From positions 1 to 25,490 of IMG/VR virus record IMGVR_UViG_3300048576_000473: a DNA stretch of 25,490 bases; one strand, written 5' to 3'. The translations under genes and the position numbers were made by a program. Each line of letters opens with the position of its first letter. The first letter of the stretch is position 1. The notes beneath the pieces are model-generated. The model did no database searches and was not told the DNA's origin. It saw only the letters and a list, made by a program, of their open reading frames with translations. Positions 24,993 to 25,490 of this stretch are shown here, piece by piece. Source of the DNA: a virus. Taxonomy: Duplodnaviria; Caudoviricetes.

Positions 24993-25490
24993 TTACTCAA
25001 CTTCCATAAGCTCGCCTTCGGCATCCAGCGAATACCAGGTGTCAGGCTTGACGCCATCTTGGCCAACGACGAAGGCTCGGGCGTGAATGATTTGGCCATA
25101 AGTCTGATCCGATACCTTCCCACTGGTGTCGCGGAACACCAGGAACAGCGCAGAGCCTTCTGAGCCTCGTGCCCGACCATTCACGCCAGAAGAAAGCGCC
25201 GCGCCATAACGGCCCGTAGCGGAAGCCGCGCCATAATGGCCCGTAGCGGAAGCCGCGCCCTGGTAGCCCGTAGCGGAAGCTGCGCCCCGGTCGCCCGTAG
25301 CGGAAGCCGCGCCCTGGTAGCCCGTAGCGGAAGCTGCGCCCTGGTAGTCCGTAGCGGAAGCCGCGCCCTGGTAGCCCGTAGCGGAAGCCGCGCCCTGGTA
25401 GCCCGTAGCGGAAGCCGCGCCCCGGTCGCCCGTAGCGGAAGCCGCGCCCTGGTAGCCCGTAGCGGAAGCTGCGCCCTGGTAGCCCGTAGC
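24993..25490 (-). CDS. partial (5' end outside window) 9-aa repeat protein (ATGYQGAAS)n with C-terminal VGQDGVKPDTWYSL
   Basis: Frame open from the window edge to TAA at 24993. Confidence 0.85.
   Translation of the reverse strand, partial: ATGYQGAASATGYQGAASATGDRGAASATGYQGAASATGYQGAASATDYQGAASATGYQGAASATGDRGAASATGYQGAASATGHYGAASATGRYGAALSSGVNGRARGSEGSALFLVFRDTSGKVSDQTYGQIIHARAFVVGQDGVKPDTWYSLDAEGELMEVE
25194..25490 (-). repeat. 27-bp coding tandem repeat, at least 11 units
   Basis: GCTACGGGCTACCAGGGCGCGGCTTCC and variants. Confidence 0.93.

Noticed and set aside
25194-25490. 27-bp and 15-bp arrays as CRISPR arrays
   Set aside because: No unique spacers; units are contiguous, multiples of 3 and in frame

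Overview
A 25.5-kb segment of a dsDNA tailed-phage genome. It most likely infects a proteobacterium, inferred from the moderately high GC and a type IVa pilin-like gene. All credible genes are on the minus strand, tightly packed with ATGA/GTGA overlaps. In transcription order (right to left) the window holds two repeat-protein genes, then a primase-SF3 helicase, a YfaP-like/coiled-coil gene pair and a Cas4-like PD-(D/E)XK nuclease split by a LAGLIDADG intein. Next come a SNF2-like helicase, a mini-pilin, a family B DNA polymerase, an SSB-like gene, about 470 nt of structured non-coding DNA and tRNA-Pro(UGG). These are followed by a DEDD exonuclease, DUF3310, MazG and a resolvase-like nuclease. 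The left part has acidic and small accessory ORFs, an ATP-dependent ligase, dCMP deaminase and an HNH-like endonuclease. No structural, integrase or CRISPR genes are visible. The most notable observations are: (1) a phage-encoded mini type IV pilin in the replication operon; (2) a class 3 (WCT) intein that starts with Gly and is inserted at the nuclease catalytic Lys; (3) a strand-oriented 16-bp motif (CTCTGAcaanntCtga) at nine gene starts or spacers; (4) a structured, tRNA-like-element-containing ncRNA candidate beside the tRNA. All product calls come from motif recognition by eye, not from database searches.
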